IMG/VR virus record: IMGVR_UViG_3300012933_000221
Span: 7,911 to 71,910 of that record
Reading direction: 5' to 3' (one strand)
Source of the DNA: a virus
DNA: 64,000 bases
Shown: positions 46,492 to 55,862 of the stretch, one piece after another
Layout of the letters: each line of letters opens with the position of its first letter
Numbering within the stretch: the stretch's first letter is position 1
The notes under the pieces: generated by a model
Told to the model about the DNA's origin: nothing
The model's database searches: none
The model's input: the letters and a program-made list of their open reading frames with translations, nothing else
Made by a program: the position numbers and the translations under genes

Positions 46492-48660
46492 ATGGCTATC
46501 ATTGCAAGCGCACCACAAGACCAAGCAGTTTTGAGCAACGTTGGTGAAATTGGCGAGTTCCGTATCCGCAACTCTGCTAAAGCATTCAGTATTTTGAGCT
46601 CGGGCTTGTATGCAAACAAGATCCGTGCTATCGTTCGCGAATTGTCCTGCAACGCAGTTGACTCGCACATCGCCGCAAGAAAACAAGAAACACCCTTTGA
46701 TGTCCATTTGCCTAACCAATTGGAACCTTGGTTTTCTATTCGCGACTACGGCACAGGATTGACACATGAACAAGTTACCCAAATCTACACCACTTACTTC
46801 GAGTCCACAAAAACCAACTCCAATGAGTTTATCGGAGCTCTCGGCCTCGGCTCAAAGAGTCCTTTCAGTTACACGGATAACTTTACCGTCACCGCCATCC
46901 GTGACGGTGTTAAAGGCATTTACTCCGCCTTCATCAACGGAGATGGAGTACCGAGTATTGCGCAAATGATGACTGAAGAAACTGACGAGCCTGCTGGCGT
47001 TGAAGTAAAGTTCAGCGTTAACGATCGTTATGACTTCGACAAGTTCCGTCAGGAAGCTCGATTTGTTTACAAGTATTTCAAGTTGCAACCTGTTGTGACT
47101 GGCTATGCTGATTTTAAAATCGAAACAGTTGAATACGAAAGCAAGGACATCGTTCCAGGCGTTCACCAAGCTAAGAGCGGACATCGTAGTGTTGCCATTA
47201 TGGGCAATATTGCTTATCCTATTGACATTCCGCAAGCTGACCAAACGTTGGGCGAACTGACTCGATTGCTCCAATGCAGTTTGGAAATCCACTTTGGTAT
47301 CGGTGAATTGGACTTCCAAGCGTCACGTGAAGGCTTGAGCTACATTCCACAAACTGTGAACGCTATTAAAGCCAAGCTGGAATCATTGAACGCAGTATTG
47401 GCTGGCAAGTTGGCTGAAGAAGCAGATGTGATCCCTAACTTGTGGGATCGTGCTATCTTCTTGCAAAAGCGTAAGGACAACTACTTGTGGGGTGCCGCAG
47501 TTAAGAAATATGTTGCCGACACTAATCTGGTAACATACGATGACGGCCGTTATGGTGGTACTAAGACTTTTAAGATGGGTGTTGAAGACCTGGCTAAAAA
47601 GTATAATATCACAGTTCGTGGTTTCAATTACAACAAGCACAGCAAAGCCTACAACAACAAGAAGAGTGAAATCGACTACGGTAACGTGCGTAATGCTAGT
47701 GGCAGCTACGACATGTTCCACTACTGGGGCTTCACTGTTAGCGACTATGTCAACTTTGTTGTAAACGACACTAAGATCGGTGCTGTTGAACGTGCTAAGT
47801 ATCACTACCGCGAAACTAAGCCAGATCAAAACAATATCTCTGTCTACGTGTTGGACCCTGCTGACAAGACTAAGCCAATGAAAACTGCGGCTTTCTTCAA
47901 AGCAATCCATAATCCAGGTGATAACAAGCGTTTTGTGGCGAGTGCGTTTTTGAAGAAAGAACGTGAAGCAGGCAACTTGAAGAACGTGACTATCCTGTCA
48001 TTGCAAGAACGCGGCTTCGGCGGCTACTATCGTCAGAAAGAGATGGTTTGGCGTGATGCAGGTAAAGCTGACTCGTTTGATAAGACCCATACTTTCTACT
48101 ACTTGCCTTTGAGCGGATTCAATCCGATCAGCAAAGTAGTTGGCGGCTTCAACGTTAAGAACTTGTTCACTGATTTGAAAGAGTGCGGTGTTGCTGGTTT
48201 GCGTAATCAAACTATCTACGGTGTGCGTAAAGGTGACATTGAGTTTATTAAAACTCAAAAGAACTGGGTAAACATCGAAGACCACATTGCTAAGGAGTTG
48301 TCGACGATTGACAATAAATTAGTTATGAGTTTGGTGTTGCAGGCTGTTGACAAATTTAACTTGATGTCGTATAATTACAGTATTGTCAGCGATGTAACGT
48401 ATGCTAACAGTCCTTATTTGGCGTTAGTAACACAGTTCAAAGACTTTAGCAAAGTTGAGTACAGTGAACAGAGCTTGAAAAACTTGTGCCGTATGTATGC
48501 TACTAACGTAACATTCAATCCACAAGCTACAGTAGATCAGTTTGTTGAACAATGCAAGGCAGTCGGAGAGCGTTATCCGTTGTTGGCTTACTTGCGCAGT
48601 GCTCCAAGCGCAGAAGTGGCAAATTATATTAACATGGTTGATACACAGAAAGGTATTTAA
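46492..48660 (+). CDS. rIIA: rIIA-like protein (GHKL ATPase N-terminal domain)
   Basis: Product of 722 aa. KAFSILSSGLYANKIRAIVRELSCNAVDSH (N box), IRDYGTGL (G1) and FIGALGLGSKSPFSYTDNFTVTA match the T4 rIIA N-terminal region as recalled. Confidence 0.65.
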   Translation: MAIIASAPQDQAVLSNVGEIGEFRIRNSAKAFSILSSGLYANKIRAIVRELSCNAVDSHIAARKQETPFDVHLPNQLEPWFSIRDYGTGLTHEQVTQIYTTYFESTKTNSNEFIGALGLGSKSPFSYTDNFTVTAIRDGVKGIYSAFINGDGVPSIAQMMTEETDEPAGVEVKFSVNDRYDFDKFRQEARFVYKYFKLQPVVTGYADFKIETVEYESKDIVPGVHQAKSGHRSVAIMGNIAYPIDIPQADQTLGELTRLLQCSLEIHFGIGELDFQASREGLSYIPQTVNAIKAKLESLNAVLAGKLAEEADVIPNLWDRAIFLQKRKDNYLWGAAVKKYVADTNLVTYDDGRYGGTKTFKMGVEDLAKKYNITVRGFNYNKHSKAYNNKKSEIDYGNVRNASGSYDMFHYWGFTVSDYVNFVVNDTKIGAVERAKYHYRETKPDQNNISVYVLDPADKTKPMKTAAFFKAIHNPGDNKRFVASAFLKKEREAGNLKNVTILSLQERGFGGYYRQKEMVWRDAGKADSFDKTHTFYYLPLSGFNPISKVVGGFNVKNLFTDLKECGVAGLRNQTIYGVRKGDIEFIKTQKNWVNIEDHIAKELSTIDNKLVMSLVLQAVDKFNLMSYNYSIVSDVTYANSPYLALVTQFKDFSKVEYSEQSLKNLCRMYATNVTFNPQATVDQFVEQCKAVGERYPLLAYLRSAPSAEVANYINMVDTQKGI

Positions 48661-48661
48661 A

Positions 48662-49684
48662 ATGAGTTATCCATATTTGATTCAGGGCAGTAACATTGTT
48701 GTCGTTATCGGCAATAAGAGTCACACAATTAGCAAGACCCACATTACCTATAATAAGGTACTGGAAGCTATCAAAGCTAACGATTGGGATTCGTTGCCCG
48801 ATATTATCGAACCTAAAAAGGTTGTGTTGAACTTTGGCAAGGGCAATGTGTCAATCCAAGGCGAAACATTGTTCTGGAAAGGCAAGGAACTTAACACTGG
48901 CTTGTCAGTGCGTATGATCCAAATGTTGCAAGAAGGCTTCCCTGTTGAACCTATGGTTAACTTCATGGAAAACTTGTACGCTAACCCTAGCAAACGTGCT
49001 GTCACTGAATTGTATGGCTTCTTGGAAAAGAACAACTTGCCAATCACTCCAGATGGTCACTTCTTGGCTTACAAGAAAGTGCGCAACAACTTCTTGGACA
49101 TCCACAGTGGTACAATGGATAACTCCGTTGGTACTGTTGTTGAAATGGAACGACACGAAGTTGATGACAACAAGGATGTAACTTGTTCAACTGGTTTGCA
49201 CTTCTGCGGTATGAGCTACTTGCCACACTTTGGTGGCGGTGATAGCCGTACAGTTATCGTTAAGATTAACCCAGCTGACGTTGTAAGCATTCCAAGTGAC
49301 TACAACGATGCTAAGGGTCGTGCATGCCGTTATGAAGTCATCGGTGAGTTGAACGTTAATCCAGAAGATGCGTTTACTAAGCCAGTGCAAGACAATGCTG
49401 TTGGTACTAAGACGTTTACTCGTCCAGTGCCAACTGGTCCAAAGACTGGTGACACTGTGTTCAAGCGTGGCTACACTGATGGCTTTACTTGTTCAGCTTA
49501 TGCTAACCCTTACAACTATGGTTCAAAGCAACATAAGGACTATAGCGAAGGATTTAACATGGGCCAAGGCGACTATGATGCTGGCAATGCAGAACGTTAT
49601 CGTTATGCGAAGACGCTGGCAGCTGGTTACGGTGCAGTGCCGCTAGATAATGGTGTTTGGCCTTTTCCTCCTAAATCTAATTAA
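48662..49684 (+). CDS. rIIB: rIIB-like protein
   Basis: CSTGLHFCGMSYLPHFGGGDSRTVIVKINPADVVSIPSDYNDAKGRACRYEV matches the conserved rIIB core. The gene immediately follows rIIA. Confidence 0.6.
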   Translation: MSYPYLIQGSNIVVVIGNKSHTISKTHITYNKVLEAIKANDWDSLPDIIEPKKVVLNFGKGNVSIQGETLFWKGKELNTGLSVRMIQMLQEGFPVEPMVNFMENLYANPSKRAVTELYGFLEKNNLPITPDGHFLAYKKVRNNFLDIHSGTMDNSVGTVVEMERHEVDDNKDVTCSTGLHFCGMSYLPHFGGGDSRTVIVKINPADVVSIPSDYNDAKGRACRYEVIGELNVNPEDAFTKPVQDNAVGTKTFTRPVPTGPKTGDTVFKRGYTDGFTCSAYANPYNYGSKQHKDYSEGFNMGQGDYDAGNAERYRYAKTLAAGYGAVPLDNGVWPFPPKSN

Positions 49685-49699
49685 TCAAGGAACATAAAA

Positions 49700-50548
49700 A
49701 TGTTTACTATTGTATTTTTTCTATTGCTGGCTATTGTAGCCGCTGGTGCTATTGCTCTGTTGCTTAAACAGACAGCATTAGGTATTTTGTCAGGACTTAT
49801 CATCTTCATCGGTGGTATTGGATTTAGTTCGTTCACTGTTATCAGTGCAGGACACACAGGTGTTATTGTTACTTTGGGTGAGGTTAATCCTGTAACACTT
49901 ACTGAAGGTTGGCACTTTGTTAATCCAGTAAGTCAAGTTAAAGACGTTAACGTTCAACTTCAGCGTACTCAACTAGCAGGTGCTAATGCATCCACTAAGG
50001 ACTTGCAGGTTGTACACACTGACATCGTTGTCCAGTATCGTTTACACGCAGACAAGGTACCGCACATCTACAAAGAGTATGGCTTGAACGTAGATGACAA
50101 GGTTCTTGGTCCAGCTATTAACGAAGCGTTCAAATCAATTACTGCCAAGTACACAAGTGAGGAATTGGTTACTAAGCGTCAAATTGTTTCAGATGAAATC
50201 CAAACTATGTTGAAAAGCAAAGTTGCTCCGTTTGACATTGATGTAAGTGGTATTAGTTTGGTTAACTTTGGCTTTAGTGCTGAATACCAAAAGGCCATTG
50301 AACAGAAGGTTATTGCTACACAACAAACAGCCAAAGCTGAACAAGACTTGGCACGTATCAAAGTTGAAGCTGCAAGCCGTATTGCTCAAGCCGAAGGTGA
50401 AGCCAAAGCTATCGCTATCCAGGCAAGTGCTATCCAAAGCCAAGGTGGACAGAACTATGTTCAACTGCAATGGATTGAAAAATGGGATGGTAAGTTGCCA
50501 ACTCATATGTTGCAAGGTGGACAAACGCTAATGAATATTGGCAAGTAA
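49700..50548 (+). CDS. SPFH/band-7 (HflK/C-, prohibitin-like) membrane protein
   Basis: N-terminal TM segment, then GHTGVIVTLGEVNPVTLTEGWHFVNPVSQVKDV SPFH core and a coiled-coil tail. Confidence 0.65.
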   Translation: MFTIVFFLLLAIVAAGAIALLLKQTALGILSGLIIFIGGIGFSSFTVISAGHTGVIVTLGEVNPVTLTEGWHFVNPVSQVKDVNVQLQRTQLAGANASTKDLQVVHTDIVVQYRLHADKVPHIYKEYGLNVDDKVLGPAINEAFKSITAKYTSEELVTKRQIVSDEIQTMLKSKVAPFDIDVSGISLVNFGFSAEYQKAIEQKVIATQQTAKAEQDLARIKVEAASRIAQAEGEAKAIAIQASAIQSQGGQNYVQLQWIEKWDGKLPTHMLQGGQTLMNIGK

Positions 50549-50566
50549 TCCAAACTAGTTTGGTTA

Positions 50567-50590
50567 GAAAGGGTCTTGACGGACCCTTTC
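50567..50590 (+). terminator. Terminator hairpin GAAAGGGTC / GACCCTTTC with the -35 hexamer in its loop
   Basis: Perfect 9-bp stem followed by GTTTTGTG. A CCAAACTAGTTTGG palindrome lies at 50550..50563. Confidence 0.5.
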
Positions 50591-50604
50591 GTTTTGTGTA
50601 TAAT
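50576..50604 (+). promoter_or_regulatory. Sigma70-like promoter (TTGACG-17-TATAAT) plus conserved leader
   Basis: Followed by ATACACATAGCAACAAAGAAAG. Confidence 0.5.
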
Positions 50605-50632
50605 ATACACATAGCAACAAAGAAAGCAGTCG

Positions 50633-50974
50633 ATGATTTTTGAACGAGCAGTATATCCAGAAGGCATCAAGCCCGGCGATTTCATTCAAACTACCAAACA
50701 TTTTGGCGACATCTTCTTTGAAGTTAAGAGTTGTTACAATTCAGGCGATTACTGGAGTATTACCTACATCACTTATGACAAGTATGGGTCAACTCCACGA
50801 ACTGAATCGGCCAACGGTGTAACTGCTATTCGCCGAGTTATTCCTGCTGAAATGGCAGTGCCAACTATCATGATGAAGCGCGAGCGTTTCAAAGCATCGT
50901 TTGGACAGTATGATCCATTCTACGGTTTTGCACCTGTGGGCACACCACTTCGCAACAAAGAAAGCGTATTATGA
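50633..50974 (+). CDS. Hypothetical early protein
   Basis: Product of 113 aa. Confidence 0.4.
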   Translation: MIFERAVYPEGIKPGDFIQTTKHFGDIFFEVKSCYNSGDYWSITYITYDKYGSTPRTESANGVTAIRRVIPAEMAVPTIMMKRERFKASFGQYDPFYGFAPVGTPLRNKESVL

Positions 50975-51300
50975 TTACCGCAAAAGAAGCCAAAGAACTG
51001 TACGACCAAAGTGGGCAAGAGGTTGCTGACTACTTGAAGCACAGTGTTGAGCAACGAGTGAAGGCTGCTGCCGAAGGTGGTAAGCGTCAAGTGTTTATCG
51101 ATATGGGTAGCGTGAAGCAGTTTGAGTACTTACAGAGCACTATTACACCTTTGCAAAAGGCTGTAGAATGGAGACTCAAAGAGTTGGGTTATCGTGTTGA
51201 GATTAGGTTAGACGGGGCATCTTATGTGCCACGAGGTCTAGCAGACGACAATGGCAACGGCCCGACAATTCAAAACTACGGCATTGTCATTAGTTGGTAA
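50971..51300 (+). CDS. Hypothetical early protein
   Basis: Product of 109 aa, coupled by ATGA. Confidence 0.4.
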   Translation: MITAKEAKELYDQSGQEVADYLKHSVEQRVKAAAEGGKRQVFIDMGSVKQFEYLQSTITPLQKAVEWRLKELGYRVEIRLDGASYVPRGLADDNGNGPTIQNYGIVISW

Positions 51301-51304
51301 AGAC

Positions 51305-51333
51305 TTGACAGCATACCAAAATCATTGTATAAT
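51305..51333 (+). promoter_or_regulatory. Sigma70-like promoter (TTGACA-17-TATAAT) plus conserved leader
   Basis: Followed by TAACACATAGCAACACACAGAAAG. Confidence 0.5.
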
Positions 51334-51363
51334 TAACACATAGCAACACACAGAAAGCATCAA

Positions 51364-51612
51364 ATGCGTAATATTGAAAACGTGGTAGACTTCGCAGACC
51401 TTTGTATTTTTGCACAAGAAATTGGCGTAGCACACTACAATGCGGCACACAGCATTTTGGACAAGGACTTTTATCCGTCAAGCGATATGGGTCCAAGTAT
51501 TGAACTTTACAAAGGTGAAGTAGCTCAATACACTGACAACACACAAGCAATCGAGATCCTGACCAGGTTCATGGAATCTAAGAACGTCGATTTTATCAAC
51601 ATCACAGCCTAA
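51364..51612 (+). CDS. Hypothetical early protein
   Basis: Product of 82 aa. Confidence 0.4.
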   Translation: MRNIENVVDFADLCIFAQEIGVAHYNAAHSILDKDFYPSSDMGPSIELYKGEVAQYTDNTQAIEILTRFMESKNVDFINITA

Positions 51613-51623
51613 GGTAGTACAAA

Positions 51624-52583
51624 ATGGGTTCATGGTATAAAACATGCGGTCTTAGCCAAATGGCTGTTCGTGACGATGATGAAGTAATGGTGTTCGTTCT
51701 TGAGAAGAACTTGGACGAAACAGATCGTTGCTACAGCACAGCATTTTGGGCTCCTAGCCTACTTCCGTTCTACTCCAAATACGGCGACTATGGTCGTGGT
51801 GCTGATGACTCAGGCATTGCACTTCCTTACATTATGGAAGGTATTAAACAGAGCCTTGTAGAAATGGAACTCGGTGATAACGAATATCACGACATTGAAA
51901 TCAAACGCGACAGGTTTGACATTGAACTGTTTTACGAAGCTGTTCACGAAGGCCGCTTGTTCAAATCAGACTGGCGTGGCGACAAACAAATGATTGACTT
52001 CGTTATGATCCGTAAGGACATTGCAGACGACATCCTTGCCAACTTCCAGCGTGAAGAATATGTGGGCGAAGGCGGTGAGTGCGGTTACAATAATAACTAC
52101 AAGATGGTCACCTTTGCCAAGATCCTTGAGGACTTGCCAGACTTTATGGTCAAGCTAGCAGAATTTGTCAAACCTGAAGATGAGCTTGATGACCGTGCTA
52201 ATGACGCATTGCTCCGTATGAAGTTTGGGGGCGGATTGAGCACAGTCTTCAAATACGAAGACAATAACCTTGTGGGCAAATGGGTGCGTGGCGATGGGTA
52301 TCGTTTCAGCCGCTTGGCTAATCCAAACGAAATCGTCCTCGACTTGATGGAAGCAGGTAAGGTTAAAGAAGCTACTGAAGTTATGGTCGAGTTGCTCAAA
52401 GGCATGTACCTCAACTGCTTCATGGAAATGACACGCCGCAACTGGGCACCAGGTGGCCACGAAGGTTCGCAAGGTAACGAGGCACACGGCTATCGCATTA
52501 TGGCAGAAGCTACCCTTCGAGCACTTGATCGTGCAAAGGCAGAGTATTTGAAAGAAGTAGACGACGAGTATTCAGAGTTTTAA
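51624..52583 (+). CDS. Hypothetical protein
   Basis: Product of 319 aa. Confidence 0.45.
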   Translation: MGSWYKTCGLSQMAVRDDDEVMVFVLEKNLDETDRCYSTAFWAPSLLPFYSKYGDYGRGADDSGIALPYIMEGIKQSLVEMELGDNEYHDIEIKRDRFDIELFYEAVHEGRLFKSDWRGDKQMIDFVMIRKDIADDILANFQREEYVGEGGECGYNNNYKMVTFAKILEDLPDFMVKLAEFVKPEDELDDRANDALLRMKFGGGLSTVFKYEDNNLVGKWVRGDGYRFSRLANPNEIVLDLMEAGKVKEATEVMVELLKGMYLNCFMEMTRRNWAPGGHEGSQGNEAHGYRIMAEATLRALDRAKAEYLKEVDDEYSEF

Positions 52584-52793
52584 ATGAACACCCGATTTAA
52601 ACAACTTGCTGAAAAGGCCGGCTATCATCCAGATGTATATGAACTATGCAAACCCGGCATGGAAAAGTTCGCCGAGTTGATTGTGCAGGAATGTGCTAAT
52701 TTTGTTGAGAACATATTTGATGACGATGGCGGACACGCCCCTTGTGAAGATTACGCAAAGGGGATTAAGAAACATTTCGGAGTTGAAGAATGA
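52584..52793 (+). CDS. Small hypothetical protein (paralogue A)
   Basis: KQLAEKAG ... FAELIVQECA ... IKKHFGVEE. Paralogous to 52987..53193. Confidence 0.45.
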   Translation: MNTRFKQLAEKAGYHPDVYELCKPGMEKFAELIVQECANFVENIFDDDGGHAPCEDYAKGIKKHFGVEE

Positions 52794-52990
52794 ACGAAGA
52801 ATTAAAACCGTTTTTAGCAGGATTTGACCTTGCTGGTCAGCGTTTGCCAAACGGAAAACTACAATCATATGGACTCCAAGAAGGTCTAATGGATGACTGG
52901 CCCGAAGAAGTTGAGTTGTTTGGCATTACATACGTGCTGGAAAAAGTTATCAAAGGCGAAGAAGGATACGAATCAGGAGTATATGTATGA
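52790..52990 (+). CDS. Small hypothetical protein
   Basis: Product of 66 aa, coupled on both sides. Confidence 0.4.
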   Translation: MNEELKPFLAGFDLAGQRLPNGKLQSYGLQEGLMDDWPEEVELFGITYVLEKVIKGEEGYESGVYV

Positions 52991-53193
52991 ACGAACGAAT
53001 TAAACAACTTGCCGAACAGGCTAAGGAGTATGCTCGTGGTTTCACTTACCAACATGAGGTTTTTGAGAAAAAGTTTGCTGAGTTGATTGTTCGGGAATGT
53101 GCTGAGGTTATAACAGAAACACGCTGGCATCTTCCACCAACACAACAACAAATTGCTATTGGTATCAAAGAACATTTCGGAGTGAAAGAATGA
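52987..53193 (+). CDS. Small hypothetical protein (paralogue B)
   Basis: KQLAEQAK ... FAELIVRECA ... IKEHFGVKE. Confidence 0.45.
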   Translation: MNERIKQLAEQAKEYARGFTYQHEVFEKKFAELIVRECAEVITETRWHLPPTQQQIAIGIKEHFGVKE

Positions 53194-53426
53194 TTACAGA
53201 TATTATCAATCGTGAGATCAAGATAGATGACTTTGTGGTATTCTACAGCAACATCTACCAAGTTAAAGCACTGGGCAAAGCTCGTGAAGGCGGCAGAGGA
53301 AATGTTAAAATGCTAATTTGGAACGGTGGACACACTTCACGCCCAGTAACCAAATTCTCAAAAGATATTGCCGTTTTGGATAAGAATCATGTGATGCTTT
53401 GGCAAATTAGCCAAGGTGCTGCTTGA
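53190..53426 (+). CDS. Small hypothetical protein
   Basis: Product of 78 aa. Confidence 0.4.
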   Translation: MITDIINREIKIDDFVVFYSNIYQVKALGKAREGGRGNVKMLIWNGGHTSRPVTKFSKDIAVLDKNHVMLWQISQGAA

Positions 53427-53451
53427 CATCTATTCGCAATCGCTGTATAAT
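53423..53451 (+). promoter_or_regulatory. Sigma70-like promoter (TTGACA-17-TATAAT) plus leader
   Basis: Followed by ACACACATCAACAACAAAGG. Confidence 0.45.
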
Positions 53452-53477
53452 ACACACATCAACAACAAAGGTTATCT

Positions 53478-54575
53478 ATGAAAAAGATTCTAGTAGCAGT
53501 CATGTTTGGCTTAATGGCTATTGCCGCACAAGCTGAGGCAACATTTGAACAAGTCCAAACGCTAATTCAGCAACGTGAATACCAGGCGGCTGCAAGTGGC
53601 TTGGAAACAATCATCCAAAATCATCCAAAGTCCGCTAAAGCGTTCTACGCAATGGCGCAAGCACAAGCAGGACTTGGCAATTTGGATAAGGCGCAAAAGG
53701 CATTAAACATTGCAACCGGCCTGAACCCAACACTAGACTTTGCTCCAGCTAGCTCTGTGGCAAGTTTGAAACAAGCAATTACTCCGCAAACTGCAAAGAT
53801 CGAAACCATTGAGGAATCACACTTCTGGCGAAACACAATTATGGCGCTGATCCTAGCATGTGCTATTGGTTTTGCATTCATGCTGTATATGCGTAAAGAA
53901 CAAGAAGCTGAAGAAAAAGCTGAAGCAGAACGTGAAGCTGAATTGGATCGTATCCGCACAGAGCGTGATGCAAAGCGTAAGCAAGAACACATGGAAATGC
54001 TTGCTCAACAAGATGCACAACGCAAAGCTGAATTGGCTGCTGAGGCTGCATTGAAGGCGCACAAGAATTACGGTCATGAACGTTTCGACCCAGCTAACCC
54101 TGACAAGTTAAAGACTGTTAAACAAGTGAAAGACGAAGCCGCAGAAAAGCAACGCTTGTTCCTTGAGGCAGAAGCACGTCGTGAACGTTTGCGAGCAGAA
54201 GCCGCAGAAGATGAAGCTCGCCGAGCACGTATGACATACTCTGCTCCAGCGCCAACTGTTGTGCATACTAACTCTGGCAGCAACGACATGTTGACTGGTG
54301 TGTTAATTGGTAACATGTTGAGTGGCTCACATCACGATCATAGCTCACATGATACCACTATCATCCGTGAAACTGTACGTGAAACTCCAAGTCGCTCTAG
54401 CACATGGGATGACACTCCAAGTAAGCCATCACGTAGCTCAAGCTGGGATGATGACAGTTCTTCTAGCTCAAGCAAGAGTAGCTCAAGCTGGTCAGACAGT
54501 TCAAGCTCATCTAGCTCAAGCTGGGACAGTGGTTCAAGCTCAAGCGATAGTTCAAGTTCATCAAGCTGGGATTAA
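53478..54575 (+). CDS. Membrane protein: signal peptide, TPR-like region, TM, charged coiled coil, Ser-rich SSSWD-repeat tail
   Basis: MKKILVAVMFGLMAIAAQA signal, a mid TM helix, a (KAEAEREAEL) charged helix and a C-terminal (S)nWD repeat. Confidence 0.5.
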   Translation: MKKILVAVMFGLMAIAAQAEATFEQVQTLIQQREYQAAASGLETIIQNHPKSAKAFYAMAQAQAGLGNLDKAQKALNIATGLNPTLDFAPASSVASLKQAITPQTAKIETIEESHFWRNTIMALILACAIGFAFMLYMRKEQEAEEKAEAEREAELDRIRTERDAKRKQEHMEMLAQQDAQRKAELAAEAALKAHKNYGHERFDPANPDKLKTVKQVKDEAAEKQRLFLEAEARRERLRAEAAEDEARRARMTYSAPAPTVVHTNSGSNDMLTGVLIGNMLSGSHHDHSSHDTTIIRETVRETPSRSSTWDDTPSKPSRSSSWDDDSSSSSSKSSSSWSDSSSSSSSSWDSGSSSSDSSSSSSWD

Positions 54576-54577
54576 TT

Positions 54578-54718
54578 ATGCTAATGTCTAACATTATCAT
54601 GCTGGTGTTTATGGCAATTTTTTTGGTGATGATATTCTTCATGTTTGATGATATTATCCTTAAAGGATACTTTGCTACTAAACTTCGTAAACGTTTTAAT
54701 GTAGAGAGTTTGAAATGA
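54578..54718 (+). CDS. Small TM peptide (46 aa)
   Basis: Hydrophobic core IIMLVFMAIFLVMIFFMF. Confidence 0.3.
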   Translation: MLMSNIIMLVFMAIFLVMIFFMFDDIILKGYFATKLRKRFNVESLK

Positions 54719-54825
54719 TTATAATTGTAGAATTTTTAATGGCATGCGGTTTGGTAGCTATTGTAGGTAGTTTAATCTACACAGGCTACCGTGCTGGCAA
54801 GGCAGAAAAGAAAGAAGAAAAATGA
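54715..54825 (+). CDS. Small TM peptide (36 aa)
   Basis: ATGA overlaps on both sides. Hydrophobic core FLMACGLVAIVGSLIY. Confidence 0.3.
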   Translation: MIIIVEFLMACGLVAIVGSLIYTGYRAGKAEKKEEK

Positions 54826-55004
54826 ACTCCATTGTGTTTGTTCTAATCGCACTAGTCAACAACGGGCACTTTAATAATGCTGTTGTTCCTACATTGGAAT
54901 TTAGTACTCGTGAAAAGTGTGAACGTGCTATTAACACATTTAAGAACGAAAGCGACGGACGTGACGGTAGTGTTCGTATGCGATGCGTGGCGATTGAAAA
55001 ATGA
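54822..55004 (+). CDS. Small hypothetical protein
   Basis: Product of 60 aa with a hydrophobic N-terminus. Confidence 0.35.
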   Translation: MNSIVFVLIALVNNGHFNNAVVPTLEFSTREKCERAINTFKNESDGRDGSVRMRCVAIEK

Positions 55005-55122
55005 TGTTAACTAAAATCTTGCTAGACAAAGACGACCGTATGCTACGAATCGGCTTTGGTAAGAACAAAGGCCTTTGGTTTGCTCGTATTGATTTGTGGT
55101 GCGTTGGTTATAGGATTTCAAA

Positions 55123-55371
55123 ATGAAAACAGTTTTAATGCTCGTTATGGCGAGTGCGGTTTTAGTAGGTTGTGACAATCGTCCACTGGATCAACGTGAA
55201 TACTCTAAGACAACTATGAGTAACATTCCGGAACTTGCGGATTGCGTCTACATTAGGATCGACGATGTGCGTATCATGCGCTGTCCGAAGAGCGACACTA
55301 CTGCAACTTACACAGTGCCGAGCGGCAAGTCACGTAAGACAGTGACAACTATTGTGAGCGACGACAAATGA
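55123..55371 (+). CDS. Lipoprotein
   Basis: Lipobox LVGC after a signal peptide. Product is 82 aa with 3 further Cys. Confidence 0.5.
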   Translation: MKTVLMLVMASAVLVGCDNRPLDQREYSKTTMSNIPELADCVYIRIDDVRIMRCPKSDTTATYTVPSGKSRKTVTTIVSDDK

Positions 55372-55862
55372 AACTGTTCGGACGCTCAAGCGGTTACTAC
55401 TTATTCTGGACTGGTGCAGTTTACCTGACAACAGGTATAACATTATCATTGTCCGAGTATAGCGAATATACTACATTCATTGCTCCTGTTTGGATTGCAG
55501 TATTAGGATTACCATTTGCAATTCCAGCATTTGGCAGATGGCTTAACATGGACATTACTTGGGACAAGAATATGTTTAATTGGTTTAGAACTTACAAAAA
55601 ATCCGAAGGCTCTGTTGCTGAGGATATGAATAAAGTTATGCACGATATGAATAACGTAGTTAAATTGCCAGTGCCGAAGTTAGTTCCGCCAGTACCAGAA
55701 GTAACTGAGCCAGCTAAAATCTTTTACCGTATTGGCGCAACTGATCAGAATCGTGTTGCCTTTAGTATGGGGCAAATGGAAATCACTATGAATCGAGAAG
55801 GATGCCAACAACTGATCGATCAGATAACAGTGTTCATGAACCAAATCAAGGACGAAGAATGA
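55368..55862 (+). CDS. Membrane protein
   Basis: Two N-terminal TM helices. Coupled to the lipoprotein gene. Confidence 0.45.
   Translation: MKLFGRSSGYYLFWTGAVYLTTGITLSLSEYSEYTTFIAPVWIAVLGLPFAIPAFGRWLNMDITWDKNMFNWFRTYKKSEGSVAEDMNKVMHDMNNVVKLPVPKLVPPVPEVTEPAKIFYRIGATDQNRVAFSMGQMEITMNREGCQQLIDQITVFMNQIKDEE

Noticed and set aside
46492-48660. HtpG/Hsp90 chaperone annotation for the 722-aa GHKL protein
   Set aside because: The N box and G1 box resemble Hsp90, but the extended KAFSI...LYxNKIRAxVREL and FIGxxGLGSKSPFSYTD blocks match rIIA. The partner gene also matches rIIB. rIIA is preferred.
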